This document shows positions 1 through 11,303 of a DNA stretch of 64,000 bases, one piece after another; position 1 is the stretch's first letter; each line of letters begins with the position of its first letter. The notes under the pieces were generated by a model. That model saw only the letters and a list, made by a program, of their open reading frames with translations, did not search any database and was not told the origin of the DNA. The position numbers and the translations under genes were made by a program. The DNA is from Octopus vulgaris (taxonomy: Eukaryota), in contig OX597819.1 of assembly GCA_951406725.2 (NCBI GenBank), positions 19,778,001 to 19,842,000 of the forward strand, in the 5' to 3' direction.

Positions 1-246
1 GGACCTGCATGGTGTAGATGCGGATGTCTTTAAAGTAGGACTGGATCTCTTCCTCTCAGGTGTCGCGGATGAACCAACTTCACGGCAGGAGGTGCAGATG
101 AGGGCAGCTGCATCGAACTCTCTCATGCACCAAATGGCAGTTGCTAAAAAGCATTCGTGAGGTAAAATCATGTAGCAAACCAAATGGCGGTGCGCCAGCA
201 TGGCCACAGCTCATGAGCTGAAACTGTAAAAATCAAAATCAAAATC
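1..246 (+). mobile_element. 3' end of a CR1-like non-LTR retrotransposon (ORF2 C-terminus, 3' UTR, (AAAATC)n tail)
   Basis: Frame 2..160 reads DLHGVDADVFKVGLDLFLSGVADEPTSRQEVQMRAAASNSLMHQMAVAKKHS*, matching the FKxxLDxFLxxVPDxP...RAAxSNSL C-terminus of invertebrate CR1-type ORF2. It is followed by a short UTR with hairpin CAGCTC-AT-GAGCTG and a short tandem tail. Confidence 0.75.
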
Positions 247-267
247 ATATATATATATATATATATT

Positions 268-524
268 ACTCTTTTACTTGTTTCAGTCATTTGACTGCAG
301 CCATGCTGGACCACCGCCTTTAGGCGAGCAAATCGACCTCAAGACTTATTCTTAGTAAGTCTAGTACTTATTCTATCTCTTCTATTTCGCCGAACGGATA
401 AATTACCGGTACGTAAACACACCACCATCGGTAGTCAAGCGATGTTTGGTTGACAGACACAGACACACAAACATATACACACACATACACACACACACAC
501 ACATATATATATACATATATATAC

Positions 525-609
<85 letters not shown>

Positions 610-750
610 CATACATATATACGACAGGCTTCTTTCACATTCCGTCTACCAAATCCACTCACAAGGCTTTCGTCAGCCCGAGACTATAGTAGAAGACACT
701 TGCCCAAGGTACAACGTAGTGGGACTGAACCCGGAACCATGTGGTTCGTA
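268..750 (-). mobile_element. SINE family C (tRNA-like head, CORE-like domain, internal microsatellite, LINE-like tail)
   Basis: The minus strand has a B-box-like GGTTCAGTCCC, CORE-like GTACCTTGGGCAAGTGTCTT, an internal (TA)n/(TG)n tract, then tail GGCGGTGGTCCAGCATGGCTGCAGTCAAATGACTGAAAC. A collinear copy lies at 46381-46830. Confidence 0.8.
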
Positions 751-772
751 GGTATAGATGGATAGATAGATA

Positions 773-998
773 TATTTCTTTATTGCCCACAAGAGGCTAA
801 ACATAGAGGGGACAAACAAGGACAGACAAATGGATTAAGTCGATTATATCGACCCAGTGCGAAACTGGTACTTTAGTTATCGACCCCGAGAGGATGAAAG
901 GCAAATTCGACCCCGGCGGAATTTGAACACAGAACGTAACGACAGACGAAATACCGCTAAGCATTTCATCCGGCGCGCTAACGTTTCTGCCATCTCGC
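773..998 (-). mobile_element. SINE family A (tRNA-derived head, Meta/MESC-like central domain), single unit
   Basis: Reverse complement of the unit seen at 62078: GCGAG.TGGCAGAAACGTTAGC.CGCCGG...GTTCAAATTCCGCCG...TTTGCCTTTCATCC...GGGTCGATAA...AGTACCAG...GTCTGTCCTTGTTTGTC. The domain name is from recall of the family, not from a search. Confidence 0.85.
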
Positions 999-1201
999 AA
1001 TACACACATCAAAATCTATACGATTTTGATGTGTGTATAGACTTCCATGTCAGTATCGTGGTGAATCCGTTTTCCATTTTGTTCATATGAATCGATATGT
1101 ATATATATATATATATATATATGGGAGTGAATGAAGAATGCGGTACATATGAGGATATAGCGTATTTGTCTCATTTAATATATGTGTGTGCATTAAAAAT
1201 G

Positions 1202-1255
<54 letters not shown>

Positions 1256-1273
1256 CATATATATATTGTCATA

Positions 1274-1379
<106 letters not shown>

Positions 1380-1899
1380 GTATTTAAGTGTGAGTGGTGG
1401 ATGGAAAATAAAACAATAGATGGTTTTATATTGGTACTATTTTGGTTTTGATGTATGTATCAAATTTATTTTTCTATGTCCGTATACATTTGGTTTCGTT
1501 TTTCGTTTTGTTTATACGCATCGATAAATATATGTATGTGAGTGAATGAATAATGGGTTATATGCAAAAATATGGTGTATTTATCTTTCTTCTTTTTTTT
1601 TTGGTCTCGTTGTTCGTATACCGGACATTGTGTTTTTTTCGTTGACCGTATCGAGTTTATTTGGTCTTTGGTTTAGTTTCTATAAATGGGAAATAGTTAT
1701 CTCCCCTCTCTTCGAATTGTGTTTAAGTCGAATTCATACCATAAACCGTTTTATTTTGATATAAATTATTTTATTCAGATTTGAATTAATATACGTGCAC
1801 CTTCGTTTTGGGATCACTACTACTTTGTTATCTCCCTTACTTATTTGATCTCCTGTGTGAGCTTTCTGTCCGGCCTACGCCATGAAAGATCTGTAGCCG

Positions 1900-2065
1900 C
1901 TACTCACATTTTTTTCTCTCCCTGTTTTATTTTTGTGTTCCTTTCTGTGGAAGAACGTAGGCTCGAAACGTTAAAGCCTTTTTCAATTCCCGAGCGTTAT
2001 ACTAATACATCTTTTTGTTCTCTACACCTACCTGTCTTCGTCTTGTGTGTTTTTTCATGACTTCT

Positions 2066-2068
<3 letters not shown>
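1900..2068 (+). repeat. Short repeat with hammerhead-like motif (putative Penelope pLTR fragment), ending at (TA)n
   Basis: CTTT-CTGTGGA-A-GAAC-GTAG-GCTC-GAAA-CG-TTA-AAG at 1941-1976. Homologous copies lie at 13455-13560 (+) and 25140-25345 (-). Confidence 0.55.
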
Positions 2069-2110
<42 letters not shown>

Positions 2111-2117
2111 TATATAC

Positions 2118-2443
2118 ATCATCATCATCTTCACCATCATCATAATGAACAACCCCATCTTTCGACGTGATTGAGCAACGAATCTGATAAAGAGCTCGGA
2201 CTGTATTATTCCTTTTTGCAATTGCTGAATGCAAACTATGACCTACGAGATCTCCGTTCCTGTCGTTTTCCTCACCATCTCACTCGTCTACGCCAATCTA
2301 TCGCAAGATTACCCAACTGAGTGAAAAAAAGAAAGGTGAAATGAAGTGTGTTATTCAGCAACACAACGCAAAGTCGGTCGGGGAATCGAAACTACGAACT
2401 CCTAATCGCGAGATTAACAACCTTACCACTTGGCTACACGCCT
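2118..2443 (-). mobile_element. Degenerate SINE family B copy
   Basis: Minus-strand head AAGGCGTGTAGCCAAGTGGTAAGG...GTTTCGATTCCCCGACC...GCGTTGTGTTGCTGAATAACACACTTCATTTCAC resembles the 38284 head. There is a (GAT)n-like tail. Confidence 0.55.
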
Positions 2444-4086
2444 TCACACATTCATTGACTCTCTTTACTTAGTCTGCCCTTGTGACTGGTTCCGTCTTTT
2501 GTCCTGCAGGATATCGAATCAATCTTTCTCCTCTCCAACTAAGCTTGATGGGGGTTACCGGTTTAGTTTGTCAACAGGTTGTACTGTGCTACATTTTTCC
2601 CGAAGTACTTCAAAGCGACCTGATAACATATGTGCGAGTGTGTGTGTTTAAGTGTTTGTGTGTGGGGGTGGGTGTTGTGAATACACCCACACACAAACAG
2701 CGGCATACACACATACATGAAAAGCAAGTTTGTGAGAACGAGCGTAACTCAAGCAGTGTCTATGTAAATTGCACGGTGATTACTTCTCTCTCATCCCACA
2801 TATATGTGAGTTTCTAACCAACAAATTATTTAATATCGTATAACTTTACATTATATTCTAAAACGATGTTGTGTGAGTAGCGGGATGAGGGTTAACTGTT
2901 ATTAAAGTAACAGAGAAAGACACATGAGAAAATGGCTTTACTGAACGAAAAGGAACATGAATTCCATCTGCATAAGATACATAATTACTATGTAACCCGT
3001 TTGGATTTTCTAGTTTGCTGTTTCTCTTGGAAAGTCGTTTCAATATAATATACGGCGTGGCTTTTGAGTAAACAGTTTGAGCTTATGACAATATTTACAT
3101 CAGCAACGAAAGGCGATATAGCATTTCTCTTCCGCATGATTCACTGATGCTTGGTGAGTGTGATATTTGAAGGATTTCTTCAAGAAAGACGTATTAATTT
3201 TATTTACATTCAACAACAACAATATTGAAACTACTCCCGATCTTTTAGTTAAGCTATAGAGCAAAATTGTAAACTTATTAGATTATCGATTATCTGTGTT
3301 GCCATCAACTATTTCGGGCTTTGTTATAACAATTTATTGAAATCCAATCAGATACTACACGGTTATCTATTTCTCTAACAAATAAGGAAGACATCAGATA
3401 TTGTAGAGAGCGAATTCGTGAGTAAGTAAATATGACTAGATTAATATTACTGTGTACACGTCTAGATTCGATCCACTGTTGCTCGAAATAAACCAGGTAC
3501 ACTAATAAAAGCCACTACATTACACAACTCCTTCCATCTGTTTCTATCTTCAATGCCTAAAGCTGTCGGTTTACACAAGTAGAACGATCTGATGGAAAGG
3601 AACATAAAATTGATATGAGAACAAGATATAAAATATGTTGTGTAGTGAATGTTAACAATATAACATTAACGTCCACACGCCACATACCTTATTCCCCACA
3701 CCGATATCTCAATAAGGCGGCGCATAGCGATCGCTGTCTCCTCTTAGTTTTGTTTGTTCGTCACGAGTGTTTCCATAACAGAAGGCCATTACCATAAGGT
3801 TTATATCACACGGTTGGTTCAGATAAATCTTCTATCTATCGACTATTATTATATGAACGCTTCTTCCCACCAGAGTTATTACTGCGTTTGTGTGCATGTT
3901 TCCATGTATAAGTATATATATAATATGTATGTTTACATCATAATAGTATATATATATATGGCAAGAAGAAAATGCAGGGAATCCAGTGGTAGTATGTATC
4001 AACTGTTTTACATTATATTATTATTTTTATTTATTTTGAACAATTCTGTGAATATATATATTCTTTGAATCCCACAAACACACACA

Positions 4087-4133
<47 letters not shown>

Positions 4134-4169
4134 TATATATACACATATATATATAGTTATATATATATA

Positions 4170-4795
4170 ACTAAAATGTGACAACAAAGCCAAGGCTTTG
4201 TGGAATTTATAGGATATTTATAAAGAGAAAGATAATCTTACAGCTGTTTCTGGGTTATTAGGGATATCTCTTGATCAGAGACGATGTAAGATGGTTGAAT
4301 AAAGGGAAATATTAGAGTTCAGTATAAGGAGTTATTTTGGGAAAGGATGGAAATAAGGAGTATACAGGGAAATAGGAGAATGATTGTAGAAATAAAAATA
4401 AAAATGTGTAAAGATGTTATCGTTGCAGTTCCATTATCCAAGGAAAGTGGTGTGTAGAAGTGGTAACAATGCTTCTTGTCCATAGTATGTAAATTCCAAT
4501 GGAAGTTCATATTTTGGCATCACAACTGGAAAGTGTGGAAACGTAGATTCCATGTGATTAATATTGAAAGGCGTCTTCATTTCCATATTTCCCTCTAAAC
4601 TCCTTATTTGCTTCCTTTTCCAAAATAACTCCTCATATTGAACTCTATCATTTCCCTCTATTTAACCACATCTCAAATCGTCTCTGATGGAGAGATATCC
4701 CTAATATCCTAGAAACAGATGTAAGATGAACTCTCTCTGTATAAATGTCCTGAAAATCGCACACAGTTTTGGCTTTGTTGCGTCATTTTATTTAA
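4170..4795. mobile_element. Foldback element with ~180-bp inverted arms, each carrying a hammerhead-like motif
   Basis: Arm 4170-4350 is the imperfect reverse complement of 4610-4795. Motifs lie at 4235-4282 (-) and 4680-4727 (+): TCT-CTGAT(C/G)R-AGAGATAT-CCCTA-ATAWCCYA-GAAAC-AG(C/A)T-GTA-AGA. Confidence 0.7.
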
Positions 4796-4945
4796 AATAT
4801 ACATGCTCATACAAGATGCGCATTAGGCTCTTTACTCGTATCATTATCGAACCGACAGTTTAATTACGATCCTTCCATAGCACTTACATAGCGTTATCTG
4901 TCACCTTGGGACTTCTGGATAGCAATACCTCCCATACATTTGCTA

Positions 4946-4997
<52 letters not shown>

Positions 4998-5317
4998 AGG
5001 TATATAGTTCTTGTTTCACCAGGAGACTGCGGTTTAAGCAAAGAAATTGACTCAGGAATTAATTTTCTATAGTTAGGTAATTATTTATGAAGCGGGGTGG
5101 AGTGAATACAACATCCACAGACACATGTATATCTTTTACCTTTTACTTCTTTCAGTCACATGACTGCGGCCGTGTTAGGGCAAAGCCTTGAAATGTTTTA
5201 ACGGAACAAACAAGAAAGATTTTTCTTATTCTATCGGACTTGCTTACCAACGACTATGTTACGGGATGTAAGCAAGCACATCACCATTGGTCGTTAATGC
5301 TTGAGAGAGCACTCACA

Positions 5318-5354
<37 letters not shown>

Positions 5355-5355
5355 T

Positions 5356-5419
<64 letters not shown>

Positions 5420-6152
5420 TACATACATACTTATACTTATATAGATACATACTTACAAACATACATACATAGAGAGAGAGAGAGAGAAACAGACAGACAG
5501 TTAAATAATTATATAGACGCACATATATGCTTGTATTTATATATCTATATCTATAATTTGTATGTCTGCGTGTATGTATGCGTGCGTTTCGTGAGTACGT
5601 ATAAATTGTGGAGGAGTCTAAAAAAATTACTCACTCAAATTGAATTTTGAACTTAACCAATAATTTTGCATTATGTACTTAATCTATATAATCGCCTAAT
5701 TATATTATTTAATTAAAAGTATAATTATTATTGATTAATTGGATACAATAATTAATAGAATGCATACAATGTGTTCCGTAGTCTTCATGGTCCACACCAT
5801 CTTCTTATAGCAAGTCTCTCTTGCATTGTGCTAAGTGAGAGACTAGAACTGTTTACATAATTTCAGTTATAGATTCGTTTAAATCATGAAAGAACACTTA
5901 AATAATTTTAAGAATATATAGATGCAACTATTCATTCTTAAATAATTGTGGAAAATATATTATTTTGCTTCATTAAAAATAATTAGCTGTAAAATGTACA
6001 GCCATTTAACGGGTGTTAACAAATGCAAACATGCATGCGTGCGTTGTTTACGCCATATATCTTTAAATATATGTTATATAGATCATTATACATATTGTGT
6101 GTGTGTGCTTCTGTGAATGTATGTGTGTATGTGTGTGTGTGCGTGCGTGTGC

Positions 6153-6200
<48 letters not shown>

Positions 6201-6868
6201 TTTTCATTATGCTATTTCAGTGTCTGCCGGAGTATGGCGTCCATGACATGCTCCGTTATTGCTATTAATGCATCCAACTTTGAGATTCATTTTCCGTCCT
6301 CGTCGCTCCATCCACATCTACACCTTGTAGTATTCCGAGGCCTTTTAGTTTTACTTACATGTGTGTGTGTGTGTGTGCGTGCGCGTGTGTGTGTGTGTGT
6401 ACGTCTGTGTATACACGTGTACGTGTATTTGTAGGTGTCTTAATTAAATTATTTCACTATTTTAAGGCATTAGCACTGTATTGACTTTGAGAGAAATACC
6501 AACATCTACAAAATTATTAAGACAATAGCATGCGCAAGAACACACAATGGACAACAGCTTCCCCAACAATGCAGCAGGAGAAGAAACCATGGACAACATA
6601 GACTGTGATGCAAAGATACTGCAGGAAGGAATATGATGTGGAAAGTAATTGATCATTATAAATGGCAAAACTTAAGTGAAAAGCCGACCAGTATAGAGAC
6701 AGCTTATCATGTGATGCCAAAGCCACGGACCGTCGGAGTCTCGACAAATAACAGAAGATAACGATAATAGTCTTCTGCGTAAGGCTGTTATCTTTAAACG
6801 CATTTATTAGTTTGTGTTTTCTTTTAAACTTCATAGGAATTTGTAAGACCCACCTGTATGTATATATA

Positions 6869-7253
6869 TCTCTCTATATAAAACTAAAGTTGTCTGTGTA
6901 TGGCAGGTTTGGTAGCCTTCAATTAACACCATCTCCTCCGAGACCCTGCGGCGCAAGTTGACCAAAATTCACAGCTTGATAGAAGGCGTCCTCTTCCTTC
7001 CGTAAAAAAAAAATTCAAATCGGACCATGTTAACACCTAAAGTTATTTACATTAAAAAGGTGCTTTATTTTCATGAAAATCCCTATTTTTTGATTTTTTT
7101 GACAGCTGTGTCGCCATTTTTCGGTGTATTTCAACCAGAAAAATGTTCTCTTAAAGAGAATAACAAACTACATAATGCAAAATGTTTGCTTTTCAAACAT
7201 TCCAATTCTAAAGGGTCGAAATAAACCCGAGCAACGCCGGGCGATATGGCTAG
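6869..7253 (+). mobile_element. Non-autonomous Helitron-like element
   Basis: It starts A|TCTCTCTATATAAA and ends with GC-rich hairpin CCCGAGCAACGCCGGG, then ~7 nt, then CTAG|T. There is no TSD, and the termini match those of 60244-60626. Confidence 0.8.
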
Positions 7254-8223
7254 TCGTTTCTAAAATGCTTAGATCATTTACCATGTTTACCCTCTTCAAT
7301 TCTCGTGCTGTTACTCATTCGTTAATCTCCGTATGTTACATTTTGCTTCTATATTTCTTCTCATGTATAACATTTTTCATTTTATATTGGTGGTCACTGG
7401 ATGTTTGAATACGATGCCTTTTCGAAGCTGTTTCTGTGTTTTAGACGTTCGCTCTATACTGAAGTACAAAATTAGTCATAGCAGTTTATCGTCGTTGGTG
7501 TATTATATTTTACTTTTGCATTCTTTCTACCTTATTGTTTCATTGAGCCATTTCATGTAATGATGCCGTAACAGACACTATTACGACTGAATATACACAA
7601 TAGTATAGTCTGGTTTCTCCTCGTTTCCTCCATAACGGTTGTCTCAAATGATTTAGTTTATATATTCATGCATTAGGAGGGGAGACAACTCGTTACCTAA
7701 TTTCGGTTACTTATTTAAACGAAACTTTAAACTAAATCACACTTCTCTGAGAATTATATAAACGTTGAAGTGGAATCATTTTTCTGCTTTGACGATAATG
7801 TCTTTCAAATGAGTGTCACGTCTTCACTTAATGTTAGCAGTTCCGCTGATTGTTTATAAGTTTCAGTATTGTTGTATTTCATTACAGTATCCTGTGTCTC
7901 CAGACTATCCTTTGGTCATGTCTGACAACTATTTCCGGTTAACGTATTGTTGATTAATGATGCGCTGTCGCATTTTAGAGGCCAATCAAAAGACAAAAAC
8001 AAAAACAATATTCTTTTTTTGCCGATGCCTCCAATCTTTAATTGTTGTGTATTTTTTTGATTTTATTCTGTCGATGTCTGTATTTCTTTCCTTTACACCG
8101 AAGGATATTAGAAATAATTTTGTGGCAGAATAGCTTACAGCTTAAAATCGAGTGATGAGGGTTTCCAGCTTAGTAATAGGAGGCTCGGATGGTGCTACAA
8201 TGAGCTTTTACACACACACACAC

Positions 8224-8360
<137 letters not shown>

Positions 8361-8369
8361 CATTATATT

Positions 8370-8733
8370 ATAATTAAGGGTATCTAAGGGATATTACCAT
8401 GATAGAGATAGCAGTCAAAACTTTTCTCTAAAATCACTTTATATATTCATGCAGCACAAGAGGAAACAACAAATACAAAAATAAACAAGTAAAATAATTC
8501 TCGGATAATCGCACATCTGGATTTCTGGCTCTGTATAAAAATACACTCTCCCTCATCAGTTTATTTTTATATAGATCCAGGAATCCGGAGCTAGAATTGT
8601 CCCAAAATATTTTGCTTGTGCATTTGTCAATTTGATCTTTCACCTTGTACTGCATGGATTTATAAATTTGTTTGGGAGTCAAGTTTTAACTGCTATCATT
8701 GCACGTTGGTATCTCTTAGATACCCTTAATTAT
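8370..8733. mobile_element. ~365-bp element with ~60-bp inverted termini
   Basis: TAATTAAGGGTATCTAAG (8371-8388) is the exact reverse complement of CTTAGATACCCTTAATTA (8715-8732). Similarity continues inward (GATAGCAGTCAAAACTT / AAGTTTTAACTGCTATC). Confidence 0.7.
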
Positions 8734-8847
8734 GGTTTTAATAACATTATTACTTACATAGTTTTTATTCCAATGTTGGCCACTTGATATAACCGATATA
8801 ACCGGTATAACGACCTTATCCTTATATATAAATATGCATGTATAATA

Positions 8848-8898
<51 letters not shown>

Positions 8899-8899
8899 T

Positions 8900-9125
8900 A
8901 TAGTTAATCCAAACAAGAAAACACAGAAAAAAACACAGAAAAAACACAGCAACGCGAGGACGTGGAACAATTAAAGTATTATTTGACGCTCAGGAAAGAA
9001 GGGAAGGAGGGTTTAACGTTTCGAGGGGAGCTCTTCGTCGGAAACAAGGAGAAGGAAAAATCCCAAGAATGGAAGACAGAGGAAAAAAATATTTTTGCTA
9101 GTGGTGCTTAAGAGATCACATGTTG
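8900..9125 (-). repeat. Short repeat with hammerhead-like motif (copy of 62830-63010)
   Basis: Minus strand GTTT-CCGACGA-A-GAG-CTCCC-CTC-GAAA-CG-TTA-AAC at 9011-9045. The downstream sequence ...GTTCCACGTCCTCGCGTTG...GGATTAACTA(TA)n is shared with 62876-63010. Confidence 0.65.
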
Positions 9126-9185
9126 AAATATATATATATATATATATATAATATATATATATATATAATATATAATATCATTATA

Positions 9186-9254
<69 letters not shown>

Positions 9255-9289
9255 TACACACACACACTATATATATATATATATATATA

Positions 9290-10520
9290 CCTGGTCTACC
9301 AGCAAAACTCTCTAAATTTCAGATTTAAATTCGTACCTTTGTATCTCAGGAATGCTTAAATATGGTTCATTGGAATTATCAGTGTTTTTTCTCACTATAC
9401 CTCAATATAATAAAAAAATATTAAGCACTCTCCACGCTCACTCGAACAATCGCGAAGTTGATCATGGATTAAAATGACAATCTTATGAATCTTTAACCAT
9501 ACCTCGCGATCTGGAGCTAACAAAGGTTTGGAATAAAGATGGAATGGAACTTGAAAGTTTAATTTGAAAGTGTTAGAGACATTCCTGGCTGAATTTCTAC
9601 CACTTAGGTATCAAAAGTTGCCCTTCTTTTGTCATTGCCTTCCTCAACCCTCTTCCCGACGGCATCACACAATTTCTTAATTAATTCTTCGTCAATGTCC
9701 TCGTCCCACTTTCAACAGACAGAGATTTTTAGAGCTTGCAGGTCACTGTAGGTCATTTCACAAACGTTTGTGACCGGTTCAGTCCAGATGCTGAAGTCTT
9801 AAGTTTTGAAATCACTTGATGAATGGGTCCATATGACCACATCCCGAAACCTGGTCACAGATTCGTCCCTGAAAAATCTTTGAGCCACTTAAGTTGTGTG
9901 ACAAGTAGTTCTATTTTACTGGAATGTAAACTAGAAGTCATTAGTGATCTTGTTGGACTTCCCCTCGTCTCTTTTCTCAGGAAGCTCAGGAAGAATCCGA
10001 GTCTTCACATATTTCAAAACCTGAACTCCTGTCAGTTTCTCACACTACTCAGACATGATGAACGAAATCCTTTTGCCGTCAGAGGTAACGGATGCGAGAA
10101 TCATCATCTTGGTAAGGTTTTTGTACCTGAAAATGACAATTTCGGATCCCAGATGAGTGTCTGAAGCCAGAACGCTGTTGTTGCGTTTGTTTGTATGTGT
10201 ACCTTAATTGAAATCATTCCAGGATTATGTTTCACTTTGAGCAAGATTAACTTTCCCCTCTTCAACTTTCTCACGTTTGGTCCTGGAGTAAAAAGGGGCC
10301 CCAAACATCTCGCTTACAATTTCAGTTTCAAATCTTCAGCCACTGCTGTTTGAACTGTCATAGATGACACTCCTCTCTCCCGCGCGAGGCGTCTGATGGA
10401 TGGAATTGAATCTCTTCTGGTTAAACTCTTCAGATCCAGATAAATATGATGTACGCCCTTGCGATTTTCACCCCATGATCTAGTTTTCCTCTCCGCAATT
10501 CCCTCTTCCCCAAACCTAAC
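9290..10520 (-). pseudogene. Decayed Tc1/mariner transposase of maT (DD37D)-like type, with one putative TIR at 9290
   Basis: Minus-strand frames give SIRRLARERGVSSMTVQTAVAEDLKLK (HTH), NKRNNSVLA, MMILASVTSDGK, FTFQ*NRTTCHT and IWTHSSSDFKT*DFSIW, and IDEELIKKLCDAVGKR. About 38 residues separate the last two catalytic positions. There are multiple stops and frameshifts, with TA|CCTGGTC at 9290. Confidence 0.75.
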
Positions 10521-10754
10521 TTGTAATTGTATATAAACACTGCATGTTCCATTACTTATATATATATATATATATATACGTTTAAATATTTGTTGTGCAA
10601 GATTTTTTATGTGAAGTCGTGTGTTGAAACAGATATTGTTATATTTCGGAATGGTCATATTGCCAGTTTAGCCAATAAAAACACACGCACTATATATTTG
10701 GTGTTATTTTGCTTCAGTGATATTTATTTTTTACATTAATCTTAATCTTATTTC

Positions 10755-10799
10755 GGCCAAAGTTCTTTCGTCACACTCCTGTGACCGCATCAGTGGTCC
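10755..10799 (-). ncRNA. Minimal type I hammerhead ribozyme-like motif (degenerate)
   Basis: GGACCA-CUGAUGC-G-GUCACA-GGAG-UGUGAC-GAAA-GAAC-UU-UGGCC. The A9 position and the cleavage triplet deviate from consensus. Confidence 0.6.
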
Positions 10800-11303
10800 T
10801 TTGTTTTCTTCTCACTTACTTGTGTCTCTCCTTACTAACCGTCAGCCATTTTATATTTCTATTGTATGTCTTCATTTGCGCATGCTTATATCTCTATGTG
10901 CGTCTATGTTTATTTAGTGTGTGTGTGGGGGGATGCCTGTAATATTTGTATCTTCTGGTTATATACATTCTTGTAATTTGTATTTTGTTTTTGTTGTTGT
11001 TGCTTTTGTTCTAATTTTGTTCATGTGTTTACATCCACCCATTATTATCATTACATATGCTTGTATGTATGTATAACAACAATATTAGTAATAATAATAA
11101 TAAATCTAATCGAAAAAAAAAAAAGAATATACATATACATATATATACATACATATACATATACATATATATATATATACATATATACACACATATATAC
11201 ACATATACATATACATATATATACACATACACATATATATAGATATTCATTTCTATTTCTTTAATTACCTGTGTATTTATTATGTTTGCAGGATCCACTA
11301 TTG

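Noticed and set aside
6465-6800. Purine-rich exon-like stretch after TTTAAG
   Set aside because: Stops occur in all plus-strand frames and there is no recognisable homology.
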